Source of the DNA: a virus
Virus record (IMG/VR): IMGVR_UViG_3300029882_000002
Length of the DNA stretch: 64,000 bases
Reading direction: 5' to 3' (one strand)
Part shown: piece after piece, positions 46,386 to 55,904 of the stretch
How the letters are laid out: each line of letters starts with the position of its first letter
Numbering within the stretch: position 1 is the first letter of the stretch
Made by a program: the position numbers and the translations under genes
The notes under the pieces: model-generated
Seen by the model: the letters and a program-made list of their open reading frames with translations, nothing else
What the model was told of the DNA's origin: nothing
Databases searched by the model: none

Positions 46386-46733
46386 TCAAATGGAAAAGAA
46401 AATTCTTAACGCTACCTGCACGCGCTGCAAGCATACGCCGTCGTTACCCTTAACCGCGAACGAAACCCTTTTGAATATTCCAGGGCTTGCATTCATGGCG
46501 TACTTTAAACGGTTCAAAACTTCAACAGAGGCTTCGGCCTCACGTCCAACATCCTCTGGATTGCTCTTGTGGAACATCAAATGTGGGTGTACGAATTTAT
46601 AAATTAAGCCGTGCTTGCGCAACTCGGCCTGTATTTTACGAAGCTCATCACCTTTACCTTCGTGAATTTGAGCCTCTACTTTTTGTTCTTCATCTTCTAT
46701 AGCTTTCAGTCTCTGAGCTGCATGCACGTACAT
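46386..46733 (-). CDS. hypothetical protein with N-terminal AAxRL tag
   Basis: 115 aa, begins MYVHAAQRLKAIEDE. AAGGA RBS. Confidence 0.65.
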   Translation of the reverse strand: MYVHAAQRLKAIEDEEQKVEAQIHEGKGDELRKIQAELRKHGLIYKFVHPHLMFHKSNPEDVGREAEASVEVLNRLKYAMNASPGIFKRVSFAVKGNDGVCLQRVQVALRIFFSI

Positions 46734-46769
46734 TAATTATCCTTATAGTTCAAAACTGACTCATAAATT

Positions 46770-47204
46770 CTATTGCGGTGGATTTCCAGCTGGTGTAACT
46801 GAATTATCCTGGGGTCCACCCATTCCCACTCCACCCACATTAGAATTAGCCGGGATTTGGTTGCTACCGTAGCTGAAGTCCGTGCGTCCTCGACTAGTCG
46901 TCCATTGATTGATGGCCTGGGCGGCTGTCCATATCCCCATGTACGTAGTGAAGTACACACTGTCCATTCGATTTTGTAGCGCTAAATACACCAAGAGCCA
47001 AGTACTCATGACTAGAGCCGTGAGTTGCCCTAGTTTATGAATAGAAGGTTGCTTGGTTTGCTCATCAACGATTAATGACCGTAGGTCTAAATTATCTTTA
47101 GTTCGTTGTACTACCCATAAAAGTATTAGGGCAATGACCACTATTGCCAACAGGACAAAGGCCATGGGATTTTGAACAATGAACGAAAGTACGGTATTAA
47201 ACAT
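46770..47204 (-). CDS. membrane protein
   Basis: 144 aa with hydrophobic spans (AFVLLAIVVIALILLWVV; LTALVMSTWLLVYLAL). ACGGAG RBS. Confidence 0.65.
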   Translation of the reverse strand: MFNTVLSFIVQNPMAFVLLAIVVIALILLWVVQRTKDNLDLRSLIVDEQTKQPSIHKLGQLTALVMSTWLLVYLALQNRMDSVYFTTYMGIWTAAQAINQWTTSRGRTDFSYGSNQIPANSNVGGVGMGGPQDNSVTPAGNPPQ

Positions 47205-47293
47205 GAGTGAGCTCCGTGAGCCTAGACCTACATCTACTATGGGTTTATTTTTTGAATGCTTGTGACTGTGATTGTGAGACTATTACTATTAAA

Positions 47294-47590
47294 TTAGTGC
47301 CAGTAACTTAAGTTCAGGTTTCCACCGTGGACCCCAATAGAGATTTCATGATTGGCTTTGGTGTACGTGTCCAGGCCGTCAACTTCGGATGCCTTCTTTG
47401 CGTAGCTAAAACCTGCGATCTCTAAGTTATGAATAAAACGTGCGGCCTTTTCATAAGCATCTTTAGGTGAACTGCATCTGAAAATATTGGTGCCCAGTTT
47501 AAGTTTGAACCCACCTTCTTTTTCTAGGTCCTCACCGGCATAAACCGTAGTAGTTGAGGCCAGTATTCGCTGACGTGCATTTGTTTTCAT
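47294..47590 (-). CDS. hypothetical protein with N-terminal tag variant
   Basis: 98 aa, begins MKTNARQRILASTT. Confidence 0.6.
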   Translation of the reverse strand: MKTNARQRILASTTTVYAGEDLEKEGGFKLKLGTNIFRCSSPKDAYEKAARFIHNLEIAGFSYAKKASEVDGLDTYTKANHEISIGVHGGNLNLSYWH

Positions 47591-47593
47591 AGT

Positions 47594-49126
47594 TTAAATT
47601 CCACGATTTCCAAAGTATCCTGGAGCATAAGCTCCCCACATTGAGGCCTGCGTAATCGTAATTCCTACGGCACCGATTGCTCCGTGTTGAAGTTGACCAG
47701 CGTTGACCGATCCATCACCTGAAGTATTTCCCTTGATAATAAGATTGGTTTTGATCAGCTTCAATTCGTTATCTAATCGGGTTTGAATAGCAGTTGCAGC
47801 AGCCTCTAAATATTGAGTTCTATCTACGTCTAAACTAATTGCTGCACCTTGAAAATTAAAGGATTTCTCAGCCTCCGAAAGATAAGCACTGGCTAAGGCG
47901 GCAGCTTCACTGCATAGTAACCAAAATTCACGAATACCACCCAGTGCATTTGTGAACGTGAAATTAGTAAACTGTCCATAAGCGATATTGAATGCGTCAC
48001 CACCACGGCGTAGCCAGGTTAAAATAGTTGAAGCAGGGAACAACATATCAGGTGTTCCATAAAGCGTAGTCCGTGCCTTATTAATCTTGGCTTTAACGTC
48101 ATTGACCGCACTCATGATCGACGGATTAACAACAAAGAAATCAGCATTTTCCTGATTGATGATTCCCGTATTAGTTGATGCCCAGTATTTCCAAATTATT
48201 TGGTAGGGAACTAGGGATACGCCTAATCCCGAGGTATCTAATACACCAGCAAAGTACCAACCATTAGCAGTTCTTTCATAGGCTTGAATCTGGGTCGGGG
48301 CCACTACTTGAGTGGGTCCAGCCCATAATTCGACTGTCACATTATCATATAGCGTGTCCAACACAATTGAAACAGTAGCTGGTACACCCTGGAGCTCGAC
48401 TGATGGTTGGGTACCCAATGGAACTGTGTTCAACCCCACCACCCGAACGTTCTCGAATTGAAAAAATACGTTCTGGCCTAGGTTCCCTGCTGTGGGATCA
48501 GGTGGTGTTCCATACTCTTGACTTAGACTTAGCGTATATCTTAATTGATAGGCTTGTCCATCTAATGATGGTGGGACTGTAACGGGCACCGTAATAATAG
48601 ATTTGGCAACTACAGTATTGGCCAACCCATTTGATTGCACAGTGTAGTCGAAAGCATTACCTGCGGCATAAACAGTACCGTCTGAGGCTAGAAATTCCCA
48701 GGTAACAAAACCACCGGAAGGGTCTATTTGCGGGGGAAACGCAAATACGGATGTTCCGACGGCTGCTTTACCGGCTTCTATTTCGTCTACTAAGTCTTGG
48801 AACGCATCTGGATTTTCAGTGGTGTAAGGAATAAATTCTGCTTGTGAAACTGATGTGGCGACAGTGACGATGAATACACGAGCATTAGTAGTAATTGTTA
48901 ACTGAAAGCCATAACTAAGTCCGTCATTGCCGCCCGTAATCGTTAATCCAATTACCGAGCTAGTGCCTGTCGTGACTGTTGCTGACAAAGGAGTGCTAGT
49001 GACGGGACTGGCTGTACCTACAACGATGCTGGTGATTGTCTCAGCCCCAATCAACATTGAGGTTACATCAGCAATAACGGCTATATCTGTTGTTGGTGTC
49101 TTAAAATAAACATAAGGTACGGCCAT
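47594..49126 (-). CDS. hypothetical protein, probably a virion structural component
   Basis: 510 aa, AAGGA RBS. Beta-rich T/V/G composition typical of structural proteins. No diagnostic motif. Confidence 0.6.
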   Translation of the reverse strand: MAVPYVYFKTPTTDIAVIADVTSMLIGAETITSIVVGTASPVTSTPLSATVTTGTSSVIGLTITGGNDGLSYGFQLTITTNARVFIVTVATSVSQAEFIPYTTENPDAFQDLVDEIEAGKAAVGTSVFAFPPQIDPSGGFVTWEFLASDGTVYAAGNAFDYTVQSNGLANTVVAKSIITVPVTVPPSLDGQAYQLRYTLSLSQEYGTPPDPTAGNLGQNVFFQFENVRVVGLNTVPLGTQPSVELQGVPATVSIVLDTLYDNVTVELWAGPTQVVAPTQIQAYERTANGWYFAGVLDTSGLGVSLVPYQIIWKYWASTNTGIINQENADFFVVNPSIMSAVNDVKAKINKARTTLYGTPDMLFPASTILTWLRRGGDAFNIAYGQFTNFTFTNALGGIREFWLLCSEAAALASAYLSEAEKSFNFQGAAISLDVDRTQYLEAAATAIQTRLDNELKLIKTNLIIKGNTSGDGSVNAGQLQHGAIGAVGITITQASMWGAYAPGYFGNRGI

Positions 49127-49129
49127 GAT

Positions 49130-49900
49130 TTATCCTTGAACGGGTGTACTTGGGAGCATTATATTATTGACGCCCATACCTGTTCGTGTAGGGTGGTCCC
49201 CAAACAAATCAGGCTCTGAATTTAAATCCTCTGTCGTGGTACCGAACCCAGGTTCGTCAACTAGTTTGGCACTAACTGAAGAACCGAGGTCCTTTAAGTC
49301 TTCAAAACTAAAAGAGGTTCCCAGCATCAAAAGTCGTATCAAATGTGACTTAGCTATTCTTTCTCTAGTCTTTGGTGACAATATTTCGAGACCCATCAGG
49401 TCAATAAGATATGTAGGGAACACTGAAGCTAGGTTCCTCCACAACAGGTTGGCGGCTCTAGAATGTGAGTCACCGGTCATCAGACAATTACCGGCTTCAA
49501 GAAACCATGAATAGATACTTGATACTATTTTCTGCTTCTGATGATCGGGATTAATCTCAGCATGAGGCGTGTATAGCTTGTTGCCCAGGGCACTTTTCAA
49601 CTCCATGGTTTTACCATTGAACTGTGTGGCACCAATGCTATTAAAAGTCACCAACCCCACTAAAGAATCTTGAGGATAAGCATCAAGTAAATCGTCATGG
49701 ATAAAAATATAGAAACTATAATTAAAGCTAGCTACGGTCAGCCAAATATTAGGTCTATCTGTTTCGACTATCCGTAATTCACCTTTCGCCTGAACCCTTA
49801 GCCATTCTTTGATAACAGCATCATGATCGTAATTAGGGCCTTCAAATGTACGGAGGGCCAGCAGTCTTGATGCTGCATAAACTTTAGTTAAGCCTTCCAT
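49130..49900 (-). CDS. hypothetical protein with N-terminal AAxRL tag
   Basis: 256 aa, begins MEGLTKVYAASRLLALRT. Confidence 0.65.
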   Translation of the reverse strand: MEGLTKVYAASRLLALRTFEGPNYDHDAVIKEWLRVQAKGELRIVETDRPNIWLTVASFNYSFYIFIHDDLLDAYPQDSLVGLVTFNSIGATQFNGKTMELKSALGNKLYTPHAEINPDHQKQKIVSSIYSWFLEAGNCLMTGDSHSRAANLLWRNLASVFPTYLIDLMGLEILSPKTRERIAKSHLIRLLMLGTSFSFEDLKDLGSSVSAKLVDEPGFGTTTEDLNSEPDLFGDHPTRTGMGVNNIMLPSTPVQG

Positions 49901-49920
49901 AGCTCGCCTTATTAGATTAA

Positions 49921-51204
49921 TTAGAACTGCAATAGTTTAGCTATCTGGAGGCCCGTGAATCCAAATTTGGAACCCAAAACCTCAGCGTCATGAGGAATGA
50001 CCGCCGATTTAATACCCGAGGTTAGAGGTTCAAACGATATGAATTTCGCACCAATCTTCACTCTAAGTTTTACGACCGGACTATTGGCAAACAAACGTTT
50101 GACCTCAAGATAAAGCGGATACTTAATTTCGTCTATCTGTTCGACAGTAGTATTCGCTTTGAGTCTAAAAGATATACATTTAGCATCAACGTCAACTTTC
50201 TTTATATAATCACAGTAGTTAAACATAGAAGCACTGAACTTGGAAGGATCATTCTTCATTCTGGTAGACAGTGGAATAGCAGCTAGGCTAGTACTGAAGT
50301 TCTCTTGTTCCAAAAGTTTGTCTATCACCACTAAGGCTTCGTTCAATGAACTAACCTCGGAACCGCCATCAACTAGTAACAGATTGGGTAAGTCAAATTC
50401 ATGATTAACCTGAATTTGAATTCCTTGGTTCACAGTCCATTGAAGGCTGATGTAGAGATGGGGCGTTACCTGTAGGTCATCATTCTTTACGTTCTTTAGC
50501 AAGATGTAATCCGTAAAGATTAGGGCTCCGTCTTTGACACTGACGTACAAAAACTGTTCCTTGTGCTCGAATATAACGTGCTCTTGAAGCTCTTGGACTA
50601 ATGTCGATACGTAGCTCTGAAACACTTTAGGTACGTAGTGTGAGGCCACGCTGCTCAAGAATTCTAAAACGTTTTTTAACTGAAAGCCAATCTTGTCCTT
50701 CAGTGCTTTTAACAGTCCGTAGGCCTTCGTGTAAGGCTCGCCCCGCTTATCCGTGAACTGTATAGCCAACTGCGTTTCTAGGGCCTCTAAAGCCCTGTAT
50801 TTCTCGTACAAGTCTTCTGACAATACATATTGCGTATTCAGCTGTTCAATTTTGGGAACCAAGGTCTTCAAGGACTCATGATCAGGATCAGTTTGAGTCT
50901 CGCCGTCTAGACTCAAGCCGCTGGCCTTAACTAGGCAGGGATGAGTGTGGATTTGTGCCTGATTTAATTTTGCTAGTTGTTGCTGCTGGACTCCACTTAG
51001 CTGACTTAATTCTTTAACCGTGCTTCCCGTCTGGTCAAGAAATCGAGCAACATCGTCAATATATCGGAACTTAGGTAGCTCCAAGGCACAAATACGAGCA
51101 GCTGCCTTGACTTGAGTTCTTGGTTTATTTTTTGACGTTTTAACGTTACCTGTTTTATCTTTAGTCGTGCTTGCTTTCAATCTCTGGGCTGCATTGGTAG
51201 CCAT
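49921..51204 (-). CDS. hypothetical protein with two tag copies
   Basis: Start placed at ATG 51204 (AAGGA 5 nt upstream; longest ORF starts at 51210). Begins MATNAAQRLKAS, with a second copy QVKAAARICALEL about 30 aa in. Confidence 0.65.
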   Translation of the reverse strand: MATNAAQRLKASTTKDKTGNVKTSKNKPRTQVKAAARICALELPKFRYIDDVARFLDQTGSTVKELSQLSGVQQQQLAKLNQAQIHTHPCLVKASGLSLDGETQTDPDHESLKTLVPKIEQLNTQYVLSEDLYEKYRALEALETQLAIQFTDKRGEPYTKAYGLLKALKDKIGFQLKNVLEFLSSVASHYVPKVFQSYVSTLVQELQEHVIFEHKEQFLYVSVKDGALIFTDYILLKNVKNDDLQVTPHLYISLQWTVNQGIQIQVNHEFDLPNLLLVDGGSEVSSLNEALVVIDKLLEQENFSTSLAAIPLSTRMKNDPSKFSASMFNYCDYIKKVDVDAKCISFRLKANTTVEQIDEIKYPLYLEVKRLFANSPVVKLRVKIGAKFISFEPLTSGIKSAVIPHDAEVLGSKFGFTGLQIAKLLQF

Positions 51205-51251
51205 GATCATCCTTAAGCTAATGTGCTGGGCTGTGCTTGTCTGATGTTAAA

Positions 51252-52487
51252 TTACGTGCGACGGGGGCCTGTCACGTTATCTCTGGTCATTGACGTAGTT
51301 CGGTCCTTGGTCGCAACTCTTCCTCTGTGGGGCAAGATACGAAATAATTCTTGAGGCTGAATTACACGGACTTGAACCTCCCAACCCAAAACATTCTGCA
51401 ATCTGGAACGCCAAGGATTGACGTTTTGGACCACTAGAACTTTACCTAGCTGTGATTCAACGATCACGTCCATGCTCGATATATTGGGTAGGTTAGGACT
51501 CAGTATAATTTGGAACGGTTCCATCTGTTCCAGCAGTGCAGTATTAGAGCTAGTCGGACGTTTTGGGAACTCGAAATACACGCTCTCTGTCGTCAAGTTG
51601 AATTGAAGTTCTAGATGGGTGAACCGTCCGTTAAACGTAGCAGTAACTAGATGTGGCTTTCCATCGCAATAAGACAGTAAGGTCGTGATGCCAGTCAGCG
51701 GATTTCCGTCAATAGAGAATTTAGCGGGGACCGGAATTGCTGAGTCCCAGACTCGGAACACGTCAACCCCAATAGCCCCTCTGGGCAGCGTAACTAAGAC
51801 ATTGAAACCGGTCTCTGTTGAGGCCGTCCACGGTTTATCCTCCAGATTAATTTCACCAGTTAATGGGAGCTGGACATCAGGCACAGTAAACACCTGACGA
51901 TGCGCGTGGTAGGGTGCAAATCCGCCAATGAAGCCGGATCCAAAACAGATGGGGCACGCTACATCGGAAAAGCCCATAGTTGAGGCATCAAAGTCGCCTA
52001 CCATGTCGTCAAGCGATAAGGGAGAAACTGGACCGTTGTCCCCAAATGAATCTTCGTCTGTGATATCAGCTAGGGGGAAATCCTCGCCCAGGGTCACAAC
52101 ATCGAACACACCCTGATTTTTGTTCTGCGGAGCATTAGGACTGGATTCTCCGTTATAACCTGTTACCCTTTGCTGATTGAAGTTATAGGGCGTCACATTG
52201 AACGATAACGGAGTTTGGCCCGTGATCAGACTATTGATTGTGCCGGTGCTGGCCTTACCCTGTTCATCTAGGATTCCACCTAATTGTTTAGCACTAGCTT
52301 GGCAATTGCATTTACGACCGGACGTCAATCTGTTGAAGTGCACACAAGTTATGCCCTGCGGACGAAAAGCATCGTAGTATCTGCGCTGTTGCATAGGTAT
52401 GATGTGTTCAACCATACGTTCAGCAACATCAGCAGCCCTAGCGTTGGCCGGAAGTAGCCTGTTGTTATTTGATTCACGAATTGGCAA
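51252..52487 (-). CDS. hypothetical protein with CPICFGSG zinc-knuckle-like motif
   Basis: 411-aa ORF, TTG start 5 nt after GAGGTGA. Confidence 0.6.
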   Translation of the reverse strand: MPIRESNNNRLLPANARAADVAERMVEHIIPMQQRRYYDAFRPQGITCVHFNRLTSGRKCNCQASAKQLGGILDEQGKASTGTINSLITGQTPLSFNVTPYNFNQQRVTGYNGESSPNAPQNKNQGVFDVVTLGEDFPLADITDEDSFGDNGPVSPLSLDDMVGDFDASTMGFSDVACPICFGSGFIGGFAPYHAHRQVFTVPDVQLPLTGEINLEDKPWTASTETGFNVLVTLPRGAIGVDVFRVWDSAIPVPAKFSIDGNPLTGITTLLSYCDGKPHLVTATFNGRFTHLELQFNLTTESVYFEFPKRPTSSNTALLEQMEPFQIILSPNLPNISSMDVIVESQLGKVLVVQNVNPWRSRLQNVLGWEVQVRVIQPQELFRILPHRGRVATKDRTTSMTRDNVTGPRRT

Positions 52488-52561
52488 TTTATCACCTCAC
52501 TCAAACTTTAGTTGGTGTGGGATTTGGCTCTCACTCCCAGTTACTATTAAATTTGAGGGTT

Positions 52562-52600
52562 TAATAATAAAGGCGCAAACCCGATGAAGAATTTGCGCCT
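52562..52600 (-). terminator. rho-independent terminator (minus strand)
   Basis: Stem AGGCGCAAA / TTTGCGCCT (52571-52600), followed on the minus strand by TTTATTATT. Confidence 0.7.
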
Positions 52601-52631
52601 TTTATGCTAAAACTTTAATTGAAAACTGAGC

Positions 52632-52892
52632 TTAGTATGATGCACGACTGGCAATTGTTTTACCTTGCGCATTCAATACGTAGGCATTTCCTTGCAGCCA
52701 GTATTCCTTACCTGTGTCATCACCATACTTTTTGATAACAGCAAAGACAGGGCTTGAATTATTATCGTCACCTATACGCGGACGTCTCTCGAAAGAAAGC
52801 TCCTCATCGTCATTAATTTGAATCAACATAAAATCGTGTGCGGCATCTGAGTCAGCCATAGCCGCACCTGTCATAAGTTTCAATGTAAGCAT
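52632..52892 (-). CDS. hypothetical protein
   Basis: 86-aa ORF, AGGAA RBS. Confidence 0.6.
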   Translation of the reverse strand: MLTLKLMTGAAMADSDAAHDFMLIQINDDEELSFERRPRIGDDNNSSPVFAVIKKYGDDTGKEYWLQGNAYVLNAQGKTIASRASY

Positions 52893-52937
52893 TATTGTCT
52901 ATTCCTAGTAATTAGGCATCTCTGCCAAGGTTAAAGA

Positions 52938-52996
52938 CTGGTCCCTAGCTCAGAATCGACCTAAGGGTCCAGGTTTTTGTGTCAACCTAGACACAA
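52938..52996. promoter_or_regulatory. two adjacent intergenic stem-loops
   Basis: Hairpin 52938-52972 (CTGGTCCCTAG ... CTAAGGGTCCAG, one mismatch) and hairpin 52977-52996 (TTGTGTC aaccta GACACAA). On the plus strand the first is followed by GTTTTTG. Confidence 0.35.
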
Positions 52997-53001
52997 AATG
53001 G

Positions 53002-53352
53002 TTACTGCAAATTCTGAACTTTCGGAACAGCCATATCCAGTATTTGGACTGCTAGGTCAGTCAGTTCTTTATTCGACTTGCATAGATGGTGCTCGCTATG
53101 GAACACACCATTTATTTTCCGGTCAACATACAGCTCTTGGTTGACCGTTACCTTGAAAATGAAGGATCGTTTGGGATTAACAATAGTTAGGCTACGTCCA
53201 GCGTAAATACGTTCCCAACCTTTAGGTAGCTCGTAGACCCCAACACTTTCTTTGATAGCTAGCCATGCGTCATTGGTTGTGAACACACGATTCTTGTGGA
53301 ACACATGATCGGTATTGCCCTGGGGATTTGGATTGGAATTCATGTTTTTCAT
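53002..53352 (-). CDS. hypothetical protein
   Basis: 116-aa ORF. ATG abuts the upstream stop (TAAATG). Confidence 0.6.
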   Translation of the reverse strand: MKNMNSNPNPQGNTDHVFHKNRVFTTNDAWLAIKESVGVYELPKGWERIYAGRSLTIVNPKRSFIFKVTVNQELYVDRKINGVFHSEHHLCKSNKELTDLAVQILDMAVPKVQNLQ

Positions 53353-53814
53353 TTAGTACATCAAAAGGCTAGTTCTAATACCACGTTTGTTGAGCAACGC
53401 CAAACCTTTGTTGTCTCTATAGTAATCGGCAAAGACAACCTCGGCAATACCTGTTCTTTGAATTAGTTTCGCGCACTCAATACAGGGTGCGTGCGTACAA
53501 TAAAGCGTGGCACCAACAGCGCTTACCGTAGATGCTGCTAACTTTGCACAAGCATTCATTTCAGCGTGACTGACCTCATCGTTGGTCTTCAAACCGAAAT
53601 GCATTACATAGCTGTTACCTACATCGGATCCTGACAGTACCGAATGTTCACATGTATTGTCGTAACCCTGGGGCATGCCGTTCCAACCATAGGACACCAC
53701 AGAGTCATCCTTCACAATTACGCAGCCTACTTGAAGTCGTTGAGCATGACTTCGTTCGGCTGCACGTTTAGCAAAGTCCATGTACATTTTGTCATCGTCT
53801 AGAGGCTGAGTCAT
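53353..53814 (-). CDS. dCMP deaminase
   Basis: Zinc-binding motifs VSHAEMNA and HAPCIECAKLI. 153 aa. Confidence 0.85.
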   Translation of the reverse strand: MTQPLDDDKMYMDFAKRAAERSHAQRLQVGCVIVKDDSVVSYGWNGMPQGYDNTCEHSVLSGSDVGNSYVMHFGLKTNDEVSHAEMNACAKLAASTVSAVGATLYCTHAPCIECAKLIQRTGIAEVVFADYYRDNKGLALLNKRGIRTSLLMY

Positions 53815-53847
53815 TATTGTATTTAGTTGTTGTATGAACCCTATTTA

Positions 53848-54423
53848 CTAGCGGATCGAAAGTTCGGAGTTAACCAATCTGGATGCTGCATTGACTTTGA
53901 CACCCGTGCTTAAATTCTGTGCTCTACGTTTCAAGGCTTGCTCCAACACGAATTGCACATGTGGATCATCCAGTACCGCTTTAAGTCCTGGATGCATTGG
54001 CTGAGGCCATTGATTGAAAGCTGTCCAAATAGCAGCCGTCGATTCTGACCTGAATTCTGATTCTGGGTTGACTACGAACTGCTTGGGGACAGTAACAAAA
54101 TAAGTGTGGTACTCAAAGCCTTTTCCATTTCTGGATACCTTGAGCGGCATTACAGACCACTCACCGTTATAGCCGGTCTCTTCTCTGAGTTCCCGGCGTA
54201 GGGCATTGACCAAGTCTTCTGCGCCGTCAACGGAGCCACCCCACGTTCCGTAGCAATTCGGTGTATCAGAATGAGGACCACGTAGCTGGAAACTAAAGTT
54301 ACCGGTGTCTAGGGCCAGTACTAAGGCTCCGACTGCTTGGTGATATCCTCTGATGCCGGGTCCCCAATTCTCTTTATCCTTAGACGCCTCTATAGCAATA
54401 AGTCGTGACGCTGCTTTTATCAT
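53848..54423 (-). CDS. Nudix hydrolase flanked by AAxRL tags at both termini
   Basis: Nudix box GGSVDGAEDLVNALRRELREETGY (G-x5-E-x7-REUxEExGU). Start placed at ATG 54423, 1 nt after the upstream stop, giving MIKAASRLIAIEAS. The C-terminus is GVKVNAASRLVNSELSIR-stop. Confidence 0.8.
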   Translation of the reverse strand: MIKAASRLIAIEASKDKENWGPGIRGYHQAVGALVLALDTGNFSFQLRGPHSDTPNCYGTWGGSVDGAEDLVNALRRELREETGYNGEWSVMPLKVSRNGKGFEYHTYFVTVPKQFVVNPESEFRSESTAAIWTAFNQWPQPMHPGLKAVLDDPHVQFVLEQALKRRAQNLSTGVKVNAASRLVNSELSIR

Positions 54424-54424
54424 T

Positions 54425-55873
54425 TTATAGTCCACTGTCAGTTCGAAAATTAGAAAAGGCCCACACATCTGAGTCGTCGTGCTCGTCGTCATACAGTTCA
54501 CGATTTGCATGGGCTAGGGGCGTCCAATCGCTGTAGACCGCAGCAATAGGCCCAAGGAAGGGCGAAGCGATGTTTAACACGAATTCAAATGGTAGGTCCT
54601 CTGGTTCGCAATAACCTTGATTAGGATTGTCCAGCATCCAAACAATAGCACCTAACATTGAACCCACTACCTGCAATGTTGTTGCGTTTTGCCCTTCTAC
54701 CAGTTCCCGTGATTCTTCGATAGAAAGTTGCGATCCGTACCACAGGGCATTCCGTTCATGACCTAGAAGCAAGACCCCTAGTTCATCGATTCCGCTCTGA
54801 ATACTATTTTTAGCAATTCGGGTCTTTCTGTGCATCCACAATTCTTGTCCCTTCATTTCATGGACAGACGCAATTGCAGCATCACACGGTTGATACGCAT
54901 AGTAACAGGTCGGTCGATAATTCTCTGTACTAAAGTATTCGCTGATAGTGATGGCTTCCGAGTGCTGAATCAAATAGCCGTTGAATGTACCGCCCAAAGG
55001 TACCCACGACTTAACCGTGGTCTCCACACCCGGTTGCTCTAGATAGAGCACAGAGCCACCAGCGAGTTCTTTACCGTCAGCAGGAATCTCTTTTTCGTGC
55101 GTGCCCCACCCCATTTCTGCTGGTGCTCGACCCTCAGCCCAGAACCCTTCACAGCTCCAGGTGTTGACGAATTCATTAACACGCTTGGGTTCTTTCAGAA
55201 TTTGTGTATCGCGCTCAGCCGTTTGAATTATTTTCACATTCAGGGCTTCAGCTAGCATTCCCCATTGCTCTTGGGACTCAGGGGTCCCTGTTTTCAGACC
55301 TGTATCTTTTGCGAGTTTGAGCAACGCCGCTTTAACAAAATGCGAAACTAGACCTGGATTAGCTCCATGCGTCACCACACAGGTAGAGGCCCCAGGATAG
55401 GCCGAGGCCATTCTTCGCATTTCTTGATGCGTTGTGTAGAGCGTGCGTTCACCCAGTTCCGGAATGATTTCGTCGGGTTCAGTAGCCCAACGTTCGATAG
55501 ACGTGTCAATGTAGAGCACATTATTTTGTAGGCACCACTCAACGATTTCTAGTCCGTCTATGTTCAAGCTTACGTTAATCAGTAAGTCACCGGGACTCAA
55601 TAATTCATTTAGTGTTGGCACCAAATTAGATTTGACGATTTCACGATGAACGTAAGTTACACCCAAATCTTCGTATTTAGCAAATTCAGGGCGTACCTCT
55701 TTATCCAGAACGACTACCGCGCTAGGACTTACATCGAGGTGACGTAGAATTACGGGGAGAATCGATTGACCAACACCACCGAAGCCTAGGACCAGGATAT
55801 GTCCTCTGTGAGTTGCTAGTTTTTCGTGTTGATCCTCCAGCAGTCGTTGTGCAGCGTGTATTTGAACCTTCAT
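54425..55873 (-). CDS. homospermidine synthase-like NAD-dependent enzyme with N-terminal AAxRL tag
   Basis: Rossmann motif LGFGGVGQS near the N-terminus, plus HGANPGLVSHFVK and WSCEGF...PAEMGWGTHE blocks, as I recall them from bacterial homospermidine synthases. Start placed at ATG 55873 (AAGGA RBS), giving MKVQIHAAQRLLEDQ. Confidence 0.65.
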   Translation of the reverse strand: MKVQIHAAQRLLEDQHEKLATHRGHILVLGFGGVGQSILPVILRHLDVSPSAVVVLDKEVRPEFAKYEDLGVTYVHREIVKSNLVPTLNELLSPGDLLINVSLNIDGLEIVEWCLQNNVLYIDTSIERWATEPDEIIPELGERTLYTTHQEMRRMASAYPGASTCVVTHGANPGLVSHFVKAALLKLAKDTGLKTGTPESQEQWGMLAEALNVKIIQTAERDTQILKEPKRVNEFVNTWSCEGFWAEGRAPAEMGWGTHEKEIPADGKELAGGSVLYLEQPGVETTVKSWVPLGGTFNGYLIQHSEAITISEYFSTENYRPTCYYAYQPCDAAIASVHEMKGQELWMHRKTRIAKNSIQSGIDELGVLLLGHERNALWYGSQLSIEESRELVEGQNATTLQVVGSMLGAIVWMLDNPNQGYCEPEDLPFEFVLNIASPFLGPIAAVYSDWTPLAHANRELYDDEHDDSDVWAFSNFRTDSGL

Positions 55874-55904
55874 ATCAATCCTTTTAAGCACTTTCACTTT
55901 CAGC

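Noticed and set aside
46733-46960. 75-aa minus-strand ORF overlapping the 46770..47204 membrane-protein gene (also 46161..46355 and 46042..46326 inside the PKD gene)
   Set aside because: They lie out of frame within longer ORFs that have RBSs and sensible domain or transmembrane patterns.
53353-53814. AKRAAERSHAQRLQVG near the N-terminus of dCMP deaminase as another tag copy
   Set aside because: This segment corresponds to the conserved first helix and strand of the deaminase fold, is not at the terminus, and lacks the K-h-x-A-A spacing. I treat it as a coincidental match.
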